DNA of 64,000 nucleotides from Nitrososphaerales archaeon (GCA_030041355.1 JASHNZ010000011.1:97165-161164); one strand, 5' to 3'; numbered from the stretch's first letter, positions 47,683 through 62,816 are shown. A program made the numbers and translations. The notes: a model not told the origin generated them from the sequence alone.

Positions 47683-49131
47683 CTAGTCATCCAAAGTTCC
47701 CCTGTATGATTCGTTCAAATGCTTTGCGACTTTAACTGCCCGTTCCAACGAAAAAAATACGGGAATTCCTTTTGACTCAAAGACACTTCTTTTGTCCACA
47801 CATTTCTTACCCTCAAGAGTCGCTACGACAACAGGCTTCCCGGATCTCTTTATTATTCCAGAAAGTATCTCTCCGATCCTCTCAGAACTTTGAGGCAATC
47901 CCCAAAGAGCTAAGTAGATGCCGATATCGGCAAAATCTCTTTCGACAAGGGCCCGTTCCAAAACAAATTCCGCGCTGCCGTCGCTTCCACTTGCGGTGAG
48001 ATCTATCGGGTTCCTTACAGACGCATAAGGTAAGGTGCCTTCTTTCAAAGATTCCGCGAGATCTTTTTTGGTTTCAGGTATCTCGAGACCTTCTGAGATG
48101 CACAAATCCGCAACTGTGAGACCCAGGCCTCCTGCATGCCCAACGATCAACACTCTACGACCTCTGGCGGCCGGCAGAGAAACAATCGCCTTGCACGTAT
48201 CGATGAATTCGAGTTCAGATTCTACTTCGATCAGGCCCGATTTTCTAAAAGCTGCTTTGTAGGAAGTATAGCTGCCAGCGATCGCGCCGGTGTGCGAGGT
48301 TAGAGCGTTTGCAATCGACTCATGTTTTCCAGTCTTAAGAACCACAACAGGTTTTTTGCTTGCGCAATATTCCGCCGACCTTAGAAATTGTCTCCCCTCC
48401 GTCACTCCCTCTAGATAGATTCCAACTACTTTGGTTTTGGGATCCTCTGCGAAGTAATTTAAGGCGTCACTCTCGTTGATGTCAATTTTGTTTCCATAAT
48501 TTATGACTCTTGAAATCCCCAAATGTTCGAACGAAGCAAGATCCATCAGGTGTGCGACAAAGGACCCGCTTTGAGAGGCAAGAGAAACTCCGCCATAATG
48601 CGGCCTTTGAATCAAAGAGCGAGGAATGAAGAAAGTATCGAGTCTTGAGAAATTATCGTAGATTCCAAGGCAGTTAGGACCTATGATCCTAATCCGATTC
48701 TCTCTTGCCACGGACTGAAGTTCGTTCTGAAGTCGCTCTCCATCTGCTCCCATCTCTTTGAAGCCAGCGCTCATTACTATGACATTCTTAATTCCTTTGG
48801 AGGCATGTTCCCTCAAAGCTTCTACAACGGATCCCGCAGGGATGAGAATCACAGAGAGATCGGGAATACAAGGAAGCTCGGAGACCCGCCGGTAGCATTT
48901 CAGGGCGCCGATATGAGTTAGCTTTGGATTAACAGGATAGATATCGCCGTTGAAACTTTGGAGGCGCATATTCTGGAGAACAAGAGTTCCGAGCTTTCGT
49001 GGAGTAGAGGAGGCTCCGACAATCGCGACTGACCTTGGATTGAAGAAACTTTCAAGGCTTTTTCTCCCTTGCATTTCAACAGGTTCTACATTGGCGGATT
49101 CATTCGACACTATACGATGACTTCCCAACAT
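47683..49131 (-). CDS. NDP-forming acyl-CoA synthetase alpha-type subunit (CoA-binding plus succinyl-CoA-synthetase-like flavodoxin domains)
   Basis: 482 aa with a CoA-binding N-terminus (SVAIVGASSTPRKLG) and a phosphohistidine-loop-like HTGAIAG. No beta/ATP-grasp gene is adjacent. Confidence 0.7.
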   Translation of the reverse strand: MLGSHRIVSNESANVEPVEMQGRKSLESFFNPRSVAIVGASSTPRKLGTLVLQNMRLQSFNGDIYPVNPKLTHIGALKCYRRVSELPCIPDLSVILIPAGSVVEALREHASKGIKNVIVMSAGFKEMGADGERLQNELQSVARENRIRIIGPNCLGIYDNFSRLDTFFIPRSLIQRPHYGGVSLASQSGSFVAHLMDLASFEHLGISRVINYGNKIDINESDALNYFAEDPKTKVVGIYLEGVTEGRQFLRSAEYCASKKPVVVLKTGKHESIANALTSHTGAIAGSYTSYKAAFRKSGLIEVESELEFIDTCKAIVSLPAARGRRVLIVGHAGGLGLTVADLCISEGLEIPETKKDLAESLKEGTLPYASVRNPIDLTASGSDGSAEFVLERALVERDFADIGIYLALWGLPQSSERIGEILSGIIKRSGKPVVVATLEGKKCVDKRSVFESKGIPVFFSLERAVKVAKHLNESYRGTLDD

Positions 49132-49142
49132 CGGACGCGATG

Positions 49143-50522
49143 CTACTTTTTGAAGCTCGATAGCTTGTCGGCAAAGTTCTCGGTGCTTTCAACGAAACGC
49201 AAAATGTCGGTCGCTGTATGAGCCGTCGAAATTGCTCCAATGTGCCCCGGAAGAAAGAAGATTCCGTAAGATGCGATCAAAGCGAAGCAATATTTATGCA
49301 TCGTCTTTTGGTCAGTCATCACGACATCCTGCGGATTCTTGATATCTTCTTGATTAGATCTGAGAAAGTGTGTCGCAAAGAGGGAACCGGCTCCTGTCGT
49401 TCTAGTACTTATTCCGGCTTCTGAAAAACTGCGATCGACCTTTCTTCGCAACTCTTCTCCCAGTTTGCCAATCGTGCCATAAACCGAACTTCTTCGCGCC
49501 CTCAGAAGTTTCAAGGTGGCTATGCCTGCACGCATCGACAATGCGTGTTCGGAAAAGGTTCCACCGCCGATCCAACACCTTTCTTGTTTGGGCCTTTTGA
49601 TTGTCGTATCTGCTAGCGAGAGGATTTCGTCTCTTCCCACGACCGCTGATGCGGGAAGGCCACCACCTAGTATCTTTCCGAGCGTACAGAGATCGGGCTC
49701 CACGCCAAAATACTCTTGGGCGCCTCCCAGGGAGAGCCGGAAGCCTGTTATGATCTCATCAAAAATCAAAACAGCTCCAATTTTATCGCATTGTTCTCTG
49801 AGCGCTTTCAGATACTCTTTATCAGCTGGGATCACTCCGCCTGCCCCCAGCAGTGGCTCAAGAATAACTGCGGCCAGATCGGAAGAATTCTGGGAAAGAA
49901 CTTGGCAAGTAGATTCAATGTCATTGAAGCGGGCCAGTTTCACTAGATGGTCCTCCTCTTCGGGCAAGCCTGCACTTTCGGGAACTTCATACGGATAGCT
50001 CACGCCAACCGCGAGAGCAGAGTTGTAGCCATGCCAACCTCCCGCGATTTTAACGATAGATTTTCTTTTGGAATAGGCTCGTGCAAGTCTCACCGCATAC
50101 ATAGTAGCTTCAGCTCCTGTCGTGCAGAATCTGACCGACTCCGCGCAGGGCACTGATTTTGAAACGAGCTCGGCTAACTCGACTGCATATTTGTTTGGAG
50201 CCCCCAGGAGGAGACCGTTAGCTGCCTGCTTTCGAATCTCGTTTGTCACAATCGCTGGAGAGTGTCCCAGAATTAGGGCGGTATGGCCCATCCAGTAATC
50301 CACATATCGGTTATTGTCGACATCCCAGATGAATTTTCCTCTTGCTTTGGAAGCGTAAAATGGGTAGGGATTGTAAAATCGCGCGTTGTGACTTTGTCCT
50401 CCTGCAAGAAAGCTTCTGGCATGCTCATACATTTCTTTGGAGGCAGGTGTCTTTGACAGATATTGCTGAATTGCACTATCTGTCTTCGGAATTAGCCTTT
50501 GATTCTGCGGCTGGGCTTTCAT
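49143..50522 (-). CDS. Class III PLP aminotransferase (glutamate-1-semialdehyde aminomutase-like)
   Basis: 459 aa, class III fold blocks (DEIITGFR, GGG). Confidence 0.8.
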   Translation of the reverse strand: MKAQPQNQRLIPKTDSAIQQYLSKTPASKEMYEHARSFLAGGQSHNARFYNPYPFYASKARGKFIWDVDNNRYVDYWMGHTALILGHSPAIVTNEIRKQAANGLLLGAPNKYAVELAELVSKSVPCAESVRFCTTGAEATMYAVRLARAYSKRKSIVKIAGGWHGYNSALAVGVSYPYEVPESAGLPEEEDHLVKLARFNDIESTCQVLSQNSSDLAAVILEPLLGAGGVIPADKEYLKALREQCDKIGAVLIFDEIITGFRLSLGGAQEYFGVEPDLCTLGKILGGGLPASAVVGRDEILSLADTTIKRPKQERCWIGGGTFSEHALSMRAGIATLKLLRARRSSVYGTIGKLGEELRRKVDRSFSEAGISTRTTGAGSLFATHFLRSNQEDIKNPQDVVMTDQKTMHKYCFALIASYGIFFLPGHIGAISTAHTATDILRFVESTENFADKLSSFKK

Positions 50523-50979
50523 ACGAACTAATGGAACCGTTCTATTTCATGCCTAAAAAAGAGAGACCTTGCATGGGGCTCAACACTTCCCGCTTTGTTT
50601 GAAACCCCCGCTGGTCTCGCAAGCGCCTTCCTTTATTAAGCAAGATTGTAGGGTTCTGGTAAGATACCATTGGAAAATCAAAGTGTTGAGCCTCGTTTGG
50701 TTTGTTATTGTTGTTTCGGGTGAAATCACCTAAGCTCTCGATTTCTTCCCAATCGTATTTGCCACTGCTTTTTTGAAATCAGTCCTTGGTCATCGAGAAT
50801 ATCGACAAGTGCATCTAATTTATCGTTAAGCTCGTGCATTTGCTCTCTTGCAACTGCGATGTCCCATTCTGTCTTGGTCTTTCTTCGGCTAGGCACTTTT
50901 CTGCTAAACGCCATTGATCTGAGAGTCTTTTATTTCGATTCCTTTGAGGCCTCTCCTTGTGCTAACGAAGCGTTCTCAA

Positions 50980-51418
50980 TTAAAGTCGTCCATCTATTTT
51001 CTCCATCGATCTTGATTCCCGCTTCTCTGCGAGAGTTGTGCCTAAGCTCATGTGAGAACGAATGTAGTTGTGATAAATCTGCATGCCTTTCAGGATCGGG
51101 TTGTCTTTTCGCTTGAGAGATCGCATAAATTTCTCGCTGTGCATTTTTGGAGTGAACAACGCATAGTGCAATGAACAGACCATTGCAATACGCTTCTTAA
51201 GAAGAGAGCATTATCCTCATTTCCGGTAGAATATTTTTTCTTCCTTTGTTCGCAAAGGAGTAGTTTTTCTTCCCGAACAAACAACAGTTGTCTGATCTGC
51301 AATTCTTGTTTGTCTTCAATTGAAAGACTGCAATTTTTGTATCCTGTCCAAGAATATGGTACAGGTCGAGACTGTTCACCGGGAAAGAAATTGGATCTTC
51401 TTTGATTTCGGCTTTCAA
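50980..51418 (-). pseudogene. Decayed DDE (rve-type) transposase, C-terminal half only, frameshifted
   Basis: Minus-strand ORF 50980..51183 ends ...YHNYIRSHMSLGTTLAEKRE, like an integrase-core C-terminus. A different frame (51197..51418) carries ...CRSDNCC..., a possible D-N-G-x-E-F region. The N-terminal half is missing. Confidence 0.45.
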
Positions 51419-51599
51419 AGCTATCCTAGAAATTGAGCCAACTTAAACCCTCAGTGTGGGCGGCTTGTCAAAAACTATCAAGTCTATTCAGGAGATCTAA
51501 AAAAGGACCGAATGACAATGTGCCCTTCGTGTAAAATCAGGCCCAAAGCTAAAGTTTATCGATATTGAAAAGGCTGCCTAATGGAAGAGAGAAAGCTTC

Positions 51600-52703
51600 T
51601 TGCCGAAGGCAATCTTTGCTTCTCAGAGAATCAAATGGGGAGTCTCAATTGACAACATGTGGGACTACGCGGACGTACAGCAACCAAAGTCCGCGATTAT
51701 CCCTTACCTCATTTCCTTCAGACTTCCCAGAGGTCCAACAAGATACTTCCCAGACATTGATCCCAAGTCTGTGGAATCTGAAATTCAGCAAGAGACGTCA
51801 GTAGGAAACGATAGAGACACTGAGGTAGTTTGCAAAGAGCTTGCCGCTGAACTAAAGAACAGGAGCATGGATTTTGTGCGTTGCTGGTTTCCATGGAATT
51901 TCTTTGAGCCCAAGATTGATTCTGAAGAGTTGAACTACAAGTTTCCACTTGATGATTTCGTGTCAGCTATGAATGCAGAGAATATCGGAATCGTGGCAGT
52001 TCTCGCTTGCGGATATTCGCGGTTTCTGCCTGAAGGCCTGAAAGCAGATGATTCAAAGGTATACATTGATCGCATGGTCAAAATGGCAATGTCTGTAATC
52101 GATCATTACAAAGATTCTGTCTCGGCGTGGCAGATTGAAAACGAGCCCAACTGGTGGGATGAGCACTATGCAACTCACTGGAGAAGCGGGGGCATGTGGC
52201 TAGAACCGGGAACGCAGGAGCTAATCCTAGGCGCCCTACATGACACAGTCAGAAGGCAAGACTCAGACGGACTTATATTGATTAACCTCGAGGCTGACAA
52301 CAAGAAGACCAATTGGTCATTTTATTCAAAATATTGCGACATCCTCGGTCTCGATTTTTATCCTAATTACATGCATTCCATCCCCGTCGACGCTTCAGAA
52401 CTGAAATTCTCTTCCGAAGTCAAAAAGGCAACTGGGCTCCCAGTTTGCGTCGCTGAGACCGGCTATCCTTCAGGCCCTTCCTTCTGGGGGTACGATGTTG
52501 CAAAACAAAGCGAGTACGTCGAATCCGCGTGCAAAGAGAGTTTAGCTTGCGACGACATTACAGCTCTTTGTATGTGGCGATTTTCGGATTCTTATTGGAA
52601 ATCATTTCCCTTCCAGGAAAACTACTTTGGTCTCTTGACCAAAGAAGGCTTGCCCAAACCGGCTTGGGGGACTTATCACGATGAAATAGTTGCCGGGCAT
52701 TAG
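51600..52703 (+). CDS. Glycoside hydrolase, clan GH-A type
   Basis: Acid/base motif (WQIENEPN) and nucleophile motif (VAETGYPS) at the spacing expected for a clan GH-A (beta/alpha)8 enzyme. Confidence 0.6.
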   Translation: MPKAIFASQRIKWGVSIDNMWDYADVQQPKSAIIPYLISFRLPRGPTRYFPDIDPKSVESEIQQETSVGNDRDTEVVCKELAAELKNRSMDFVRCWFPWNFFEPKIDSEELNYKFPLDDFVSAMNAENIGIVAVLACGYSRFLPEGLKADDSKVYIDRMVKMAMSVIDHYKDSVSAWQIENEPNWWDEHYATHWRSGGMWLEPGTQELILGALHDTVRRQDSDGLILINLEADNKKTNWSFYSKYCDILGLDFYPNYMHSIPVDASELKFSSEVKKATGLPVCVAETGYPSGPSFWGYDVAKQSEYVESACKESLACDDITALCMWRFSDSYWKSFPFQENYFGLLTKEGLPKPAWGTYHDEIVAGH

Positions 52704-52724
52704 GAGCAAGATACTATGTGAGAA

Positions 52725-53126
52725 TTAGAGCTTGCGCCGTCGGAAATTCGGCTTTTCTACGGAAAAAACCAGAGTTTTTACGAAGCTCATTTGTTTCCCA
52801 TCTGCCATAGGAACCGCGAAAGTACCTACCGTTGCTGAGATGTCAAAATCAGCTTCTCTCGTACTTCCTTTGAATTTGATATGCGCAGTGTTTGGTTGCT
52901 GTTGCATAGAATTTGCGGAATCTACTGACAGGTGGATGTTCTTGTCCCTTTTTCCAAACCACTGAACGATTGCGTTTCCGACATCGAGAGGATAGGATTT
53001 TTGTTCGAACTTCCTGTGCGTGGTGTTGAAATCTTCGAGCAAGAAGCGGGTACATTCTCTTGCGAGTTTTTCTATGTATTCGTACGACTTTTCCACAAGC
53101 TCTTTGCCAGTTAGCGGATCAGTCAA
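52725..53126 (-). CDS. Hypothetical protein
   Basis: 133 aa ORF. Confidence 0.35.
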   Translation of the reverse strand: MTDPLTGKELVEKSYEYIEKLARECTRFLLEDFNTTHRKFEQKSYPLDVGNAIVQWFGKRDKNIHLSVDSANSMQQQPNTAHIKFKGSTREADFDISATVGTFAVPMADGKQMSFVKTLVFSVEKPNFRRRKL

Positions 53127-53160
53127 TCAAACATCGATTCTCCAATTGTATTTTCCTGAA

Positions 53161-53676
53161 TTAAAAATTATGCGAACGTGATGAAGCTGTCCTGACTTCA
53201 TCTAACTTTGATTGTATTCTTTCTAGGGCCTGGGATACAGCTTTGTCCAATTTTTTCTGCAGCGAGTCATTTTCTCCTTTGAACGTAGATTCGAGAATTT
53301 GTAGGGCCTCCTCCATCCCGAACTTTTCCGTCTCAGGCACCGATCCGGTATCTCTTCTAGTAAAGGTCCAAACCAGCGCCCACATGCCAAGTTCGATCAG
53401 AAATAAGTGAACTTGGCCTTGCCTAGATCCCTGCGCGAGTGCGAAACTCACCGAATAACGCTGCCTTAACATTCTGATTGCCGGTTCTTTCTCAGACATG
53501 AGTGCAGGTGGGCCTCTTCCAGAGAAGAGATCATCAGCCTTGGCCAGGCCTTTGTCACGATCTTCACATGTCATCTGAATCGATACGGACTCACCCATAT
53601 TTCTAACTTGAGTATTTCGTGAACTCTGATAAACATAGAAAATAAATTTCGGTCGATGACTCACCTGTGATTTCAA
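53161..53676 (-). CDS. Hypothetical protein
   Basis: 171 aa ORF; start uncertain. Confidence 0.35.
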   Translation of the reverse strand: MKSQVSHRPKFIFYVYQSSRNTQVRNMGESVSIQMTCEDRDKGLAKADDLFSGRGPPALMSEKEPAIRMLRQRYSVSFALAQGSRQGQVHLFLIELGMWALVWTFTRRDTGSVPETEKFGMEEALQILESTFKGENDSLQKKLDKAVSQALERIQSKLDEVRTASSRSHNF

Positions 53677-53772
53677 AAGACCGTTCGGAAAAAACCGCGC
53701 TTGGCATTTCAGGAATCTCCGATCAAGAAATTTGAAAACAAAAAAATTTCTGGTCAGTCATGCGCGCAAGCC

Positions 53773-53780
53773 TTATAAAA
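53773..53780 (+). promoter_or_regulatory. Candidate archaeal TATA box (TTATAAAA) of the rRNA operon
   Basis: AT-rich box about 195 nt upstream of the 16S 5' end, in the non-coding region. Confidence 0.35.
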
Positions 53781-53924
53781 TACGCGAGCGCAAACCAATA
53801 GCCCGCATGTTTTGTTGGCGGCGTCTTTTTTCAAGCTGAGGGCGTAGCCCGTGCGATGCGATAAGGACCTCCAAGCATGCGAACAATAAGATGGAGGTTC
53901 AATAGGAATATTGAATCTAACGTT

Positions 53925-53960
53925 GGCTTGTGCTTTTCTTCCGCAAGTGAAAGCAATTCG
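53925..53960 (+). other. Upstream half of the 16S processing stem
   Basis: GGCTTGTGCT...GAAAGCAATTCG is complementary to AGCACAAGCC / CGAATTGCTTTC at 55498..55534. Confidence 0.6.
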
Positions 53961-53974
53961 TACTTCCCAATATA

Positions 53975-55472
<1,498 letters not shown>

Positions 55473-55497
55473 TAGAAAAAAGTAACGATTGGGGGTG

Positions 55498-55534
55498 CGA
55501 ATTGCTTTCTGCGAAAAAGGTTAGAGCACAAGCC
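55498..55534 (+). other. Downstream half of the 16S processing stem (in the 16S-23S spacer)
   Basis: Complementary to 53925..53960. The spacer is about 180 nt with no tRNA-like sequence. Confidence 0.6.
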
Positions 55535-55649
55535 AAATTAGATATGCAGATCCTCACGTTGAATGAGGATTGAAGGACGTAGCAAGCGTCTGTTCCGCTT
55601 GTGATGATCGTCGTGCACAGGTTGCGTATGCGTTCGTCGATAATGTAAT

Positions 55650-59070
<3,421 letters not shown>

Positions 59071-59214
59071 GATATATGATTACATTTGAAACGGACTGCG
59101 CAATAACCTGTGTACGACGTAATTTGTCTAAATCCTACTGTAAAGTAGGCACATCACAGATACCTTCAAGTAATTAGCACGACTGGAATTTCCGTGAAAC
59201 AACAGTCAGATTGT

Positions 59215-59230
59215 CTGTTTTCATTTTTCG
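59215..59230 (+). terminator. T-rich tract downstream of the rRNA operon (archaeal terminator-like)
   Basis: CTGTTTTCATTTTTCG follows the 23S 3' processing stem. Confidence 0.3.
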
Positions 59231-59260
59231 CAAGCTTCTGATCCGGAGCGCAGCTTTGAG

Positions 59261-59590
59261 ATGGTAAACTGTCCAGTTTGCAAGGGACATGTGGATTATA
59301 AATTTCTAAGATCTGATAATCCAAAGGACGAGTTTGGTCACGACTTGGGCAAGTGGGTCCATTGTGAAAATGAGGCCGAGCGACACGTCTACCTACGAAA
59401 TCAAGACTCGTTGCAAAAGTGCCCATATTGCTCTTCAGGCAATTTCTCTGACATGAAGGAAGGAGAGAAAGTCAAGTGCTTGCACGTGACTGATACCGGT
59501 GGCGCGTGTACTACGAGAGCTTACGTCTGGATGGAAGAAGGGCCTCCTTGTTTTATGAACCACGTCGATAAGACGCGTTTAGAAGTTTAG
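59261..59590 (+). CDS. Cys-rich small protein (zinc-ribbon-like)
   Basis: 109 aa with CPVC...HCENE...CPYC and more Cys/His. Confidence 0.4.
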   Translation: MVNCPVCKGHVDYKFLRSDNPKDEFGHDLGKWVHCENEAERHVYLRNQDSLQKCPYCSSGNFSDMKEGEKVKCLHVTDTGGACTTRAYVWMEEGPPCFMNHVDKTRLEV

Positions 59591-59648
59591 GCGGAGCAAA
59601 GAACATCTCATAGCTGTTCTTTTTCTCACGATCACATTTTACTGCGCG

Positions 59649-60329
59649 TTACTTTTTCTTCCTACTTCGGGGCTGTTTCTTTCTCCTGCTTCTTTTACCC
59701 CTAGGCTTCTCGGACATGCTCAACTTGTGAACTAACCCGTACTTTTCAGCAAGAAACTTACCTTCTTCTTTGGCTGGCTTATTCCTTGGATCTCGCAACC
59801 GCATAATTCTTGAAAGAAAATGCTCCACGAGCTTCGGCTCTTTGCTCAAAAGATACTCTGAAGAGGAAACAGCAGTTCGCTGAAGGTCTTCATTTTCAAC
59901 TTCCTTCATGATCCAGGCGTTAAAGAGTTCCTTTTCTGTCGTTCTTCTGTCATAAACCCAGAGATTTGAAAGCGATGCTTCGACAGGCATTCTCAGCATA
60001 TGATCATCCACAAGGAGAGTTTTGAGTGCATTGATGGCTTTCTTCGGATCGCCTCGACCTATTCTTCCCAAGGTCAACGAGACTACAAGAGTGGAATTTC
60101 TTTTTTCTCTTCTCGTGTCCGCCTGGAGTTTTAGCACATAATCAGCAAATTTCCAAACCTGCCGAGAATCGAACATTGAAAATATGTTTGCGACAGATTT
60201 TGCGAGTTCGAGATCGTTTGTTCCGCAATCTTCGTAGAGCTGTTGCCATGCGGACCGTTGAAGCAAATCCGAAATCATGAATCTTACTTCTGCAAAGCGC
60301 TTTGAGGAAATCGGCATTTCCTTTTCCAA
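59649..60329 (-). CDS. Hypothetical helical protein with a strongly basic C-terminal tail
   Basis: 226 aa, ending KPRGKRSRRKKQPRSRKKK. Confidence 0.4.
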   Translation of the reverse strand: MEKEMPISSKRFAEVRFMISDLLQRSAWQQLYEDCGTNDLELAKSVANIFSMFDSRQVWKFADYVLKLQADTRREKRNSTLVVSLTLGRIGRGDPKKAINALKTLLVDDHMLRMPVEASLSNLWVYDRRTTEKELFNAWIMKEVENEDLQRTAVSSSEYLLSKEPKLVEHFLSRIMRLRDPRNKPAKEEGKFLAEKYGLVHKLSMSEKPRGKRSRRKKQPRSRKKK

Positions 60330-60460
60330 ACGAACCGCGCAATCATCGTGGATATAAGCTCCGACTTGAGATCGTTCGTAATTGAGAAACTTCGCCCCGC
60401 AAATATTGATTAGAGCAAGAAGGCCCGAAACGATTGGGGAACCTCCAAGGTGTTGCGTAG

Positions 60461-61540
60461 ATGAAGGCGATTGTCGTTACTCCAATGGTTGCAAATTCGT
60501 TGCGAATCAAAGAAATGGATCCGCCTGCAGTTTCGAAAGGTCAAATGTTGCTTAATGTTCAGAAAGTCGGCATCTGTGGCACTGACCGTGATATCATAGC
60601 TGGTTTTTACGGAGCTTCTCCAACGGGAGGTGATTTTCTGGTTCTCGGTCATGAATCCTTGTCGCGCGTCGCCGAGCTTGGATCGGGGGTCAGAGGGTTC
60701 AAACCAGGAGATCTAGTGGTTCCTACCGTAAGGCGAAATTGTCCGGAGAATTGCCTGAATTGCCAGAACGAAGAATCCGATATGTGCTTGACGGGTCATT
60801 ACAAGGAGCACGGGATTAAGGAACTTCACGGCTTTGCATCCGAGTTTGCAATCACCGACGCTAGTTTCGTCGTCAAGCTTCCGGAGTCGCTCATCGAGGT
60901 TGGGATCCTAACGGAACCCCTCACAATAGTGGAAAAAGGGGAGATTCAAACCTACCTCATGCAAGAGTCGAGAATGAAATGGAAGCCAAAGAAAGCATTG
61001 GTTCTCGGTGCGGGACCGGTAGGTCTGTTGGCTACAACCATTTTGCGTCTAAGAGGTCTTGAGGTGAGCACAGTCGCCACAAGGTCTGCCGATAGTCTAA
61101 AGGCGAGACTTGTCCAACAGACGGGAGCTCAATACATCAATGCCAAGGAAACGCCACTCAAAGAGATGGAAGATGAATACGACATTGTTTTTGAGATCAC
61201 AGGCAGTCCATCTGTTGCGCTCGAGGCCCAGCATCTAATCAAAACTAACGGTGTTGTGTGCTATCTCGGCATTTACAAGATGCAGCAGGACACGGAAGAT
61301 GCAGGCAAACTCTTCACAGATCTTGTCCTTGGAAATCGCGTTCACTTCGGGTCCGTGAACGCAAACAAAACTTACTTTGAAAGGAGCGTAAATGATCTCA
61401 CAAAGATCAAAAAGAAATGGCCCGGCTTTCTGGAGCAAATCATAACCCGCAGAGCCAAAATGGATGATCTGACGCAAGCGTATCAGCCGGAAAACGAGGA
61501 AGAAATAAAGACAATAATTGAAATTAGGACTCTCATGTGA
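60461..61540 (+). CDS. Zinc-dependent medium-chain dehydrogenase (archaeal glucose-1-dehydrogenase-like)
   Basis: Catalytic Zn ligands (GICGTD, GHES), a structural Zn Cys cluster (CPENCLNCQNEESDMC) and a Rossmann GAGPVG. Confidence 0.8.
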   Translation: MKAIVVTPMVANSLRIKEMDPPAVSKGQMLLNVQKVGICGTDRDIIAGFYGASPTGGDFLVLGHESLSRVAELGSGVRGFKPGDLVVPTVRRNCPENCLNCQNEESDMCLTGHYKEHGIKELHGFASEFAITDASFVVKLPESLIEVGILTEPLTIVEKGEIQTYLMQESRMKWKPKKALVLGAGPVGLLATTILRLRGLEVSTVATRSADSLKARLVQQTGAQYINAKETPLKEMEDEYDIVFEITGSPSVALEAQHLIKTNGVVCYLGIYKMQQDTEDAGKLFTDLVLGNRVHFGSVNANKTYFERSVNDLTKIKKKWPGFLEQIITRRAKMDDLTQAYQPENEEEIKTIIEIRTLM

Positions 61541-61627
61541 AAGCATTATAGCTCTCACCCTTCCTGAAAATGGGATGTTCGCAGCGACTTACTGAAAAGT
61601 TCTACCTGGTTGAGGTTAGCTTTTCTT

Positions 61628-61918
61628 TCAATCGTTCTCGAAGTAATCTTTGAGCATATACAAACTTAGATCCCCGCAGTAAGGACACAGATGAAGAGTC
61701 CCCGACTCAATTTGATCTCGAGGCAGGTTTTCAAAGTCCTCAACAGTAAAAGTGGTATCGAAAATTTTGCGACACGTTCGACACTTAACTTTCATCAATT
61801 CCTTCATTTCTTCCTTTGAGGTCTCTCCAACAGCTATCGGACTTTTCAGCTCGATTGAAATAGGGTATGACTCTACTTGAATTTTGTTGGATCCTGGGCT
61901 TATTGGATCGAAGCTCAT
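61628..61918 (-). CDS. Small zinc-ribbon protein
   Basis: 96 aa with CRTCRK...CPYCG. Confidence 0.4.
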   Translation of the reverse strand: MSFDPISPGSNKIQVESYPISIELKSPIAVGETSKEEMKELMKVKCRTCRKIFDTTFTVEDFENLPRDQIESGTLHLCPYCGDLSLYMLKDYFEND

Positions 61919-62050
61919 TCTTGGTCTTGCTCACTTCTCGTTTTCCTAGCAACAGTCAGAGGTTAAAGCCTGTAACTTTCTTGATTTCAAGAATTACAGA
62001 TTATTTTTGAAAAGAGTCATGGTGTATTCTTATTTACAATCAGATCGTAA

Positions 62051-62530
62051 GTGGAGAATCTCTTCTCAAATGTCATGCAATTCATGAATGCAATGGCGTT
62101 TGAGAAGATCCTAAATGACCTAAATTCATTGTCATACGGGAATTGGCAATGTCAGAATTGTTCATTGCATAGTTCATTCCTTTTGACTGGCTTCTTTTTG
62201 CGTGGGGTTGATCTCAGAAGCTCGACTCAGAGATTGGACATCGAATCTTCTAAAGTGGCGAAACTTTTGGCCTATGCAAAGCTGCTGGCAAAACAAGGCG
62301 AAGTTTTGGAAAAGGATGGCCAAAGTGAAGATGCAATTCCGAAATATATCAAGGCCGTCGATATTCTGTTGCTCCTCGCCGACGTTGCTCCAACCTATCC
62401 GGAATGGACGAAATATGTCAGCAAAGCAGAGTTTTACCAGAAGAGAACAAGGGCGATACTCACAAACCTCTCGTTGAAAAGGGAAGAGGGCGAAGGGATC
62501 CAGAATCCCCTCGCAAAATCATCGGCTTAG
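62051..62530 (+). CDS. Hypothetical protein; C-terminal three-helix region with weak MIT-domain-like character
   Basis: 159 aa; the C-terminal block AKLLAKQGEVLEKDGQSEDAIPKYIKAVDILLLLADVAPTYPEWTKYVSKAEFYQKR reads like an amphipathic helix bundle. Confidence 0.35.
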   Translation: MENLFSNVMQFMNAMAFEKILNDLNSLSYGNWQCQNCSLHSSFLLTGFFLRGVDLRSSTQRLDIESSKVAKLLAYAKLLAKQGEVLEKDGQSEDAIPKYIKAVDILLLLADVAPTYPEWTKYVSKAEFYQKRTRAILTNLSLKREEGEGIQNPLAKSSA

Positions 62531-62816
62531 TCCTTGATGATCTTTGGATTGCACGAGATGTTATTGCTTTGTAACTTAATACTCTGAAGAGGCGAATTCG
62601 TTCTCGAAATGCGTAAATGGCAATTTCTTCACAAGGTTTGCATCTAGTTCAAAAGAAAGATCTACCGATGCGGGTGACGAACACACCGGTTACTGAAACT
62701 CAGTAAGACATCAATTCAATGAAAAGAAACCTTGGCAGGGTGCAAGGGGGAGTTATTCCAGTACGACAGAGTTTATCCTCGAATTAGCCATAGACATCCT
62801 GTACTCATGGGCTAGA

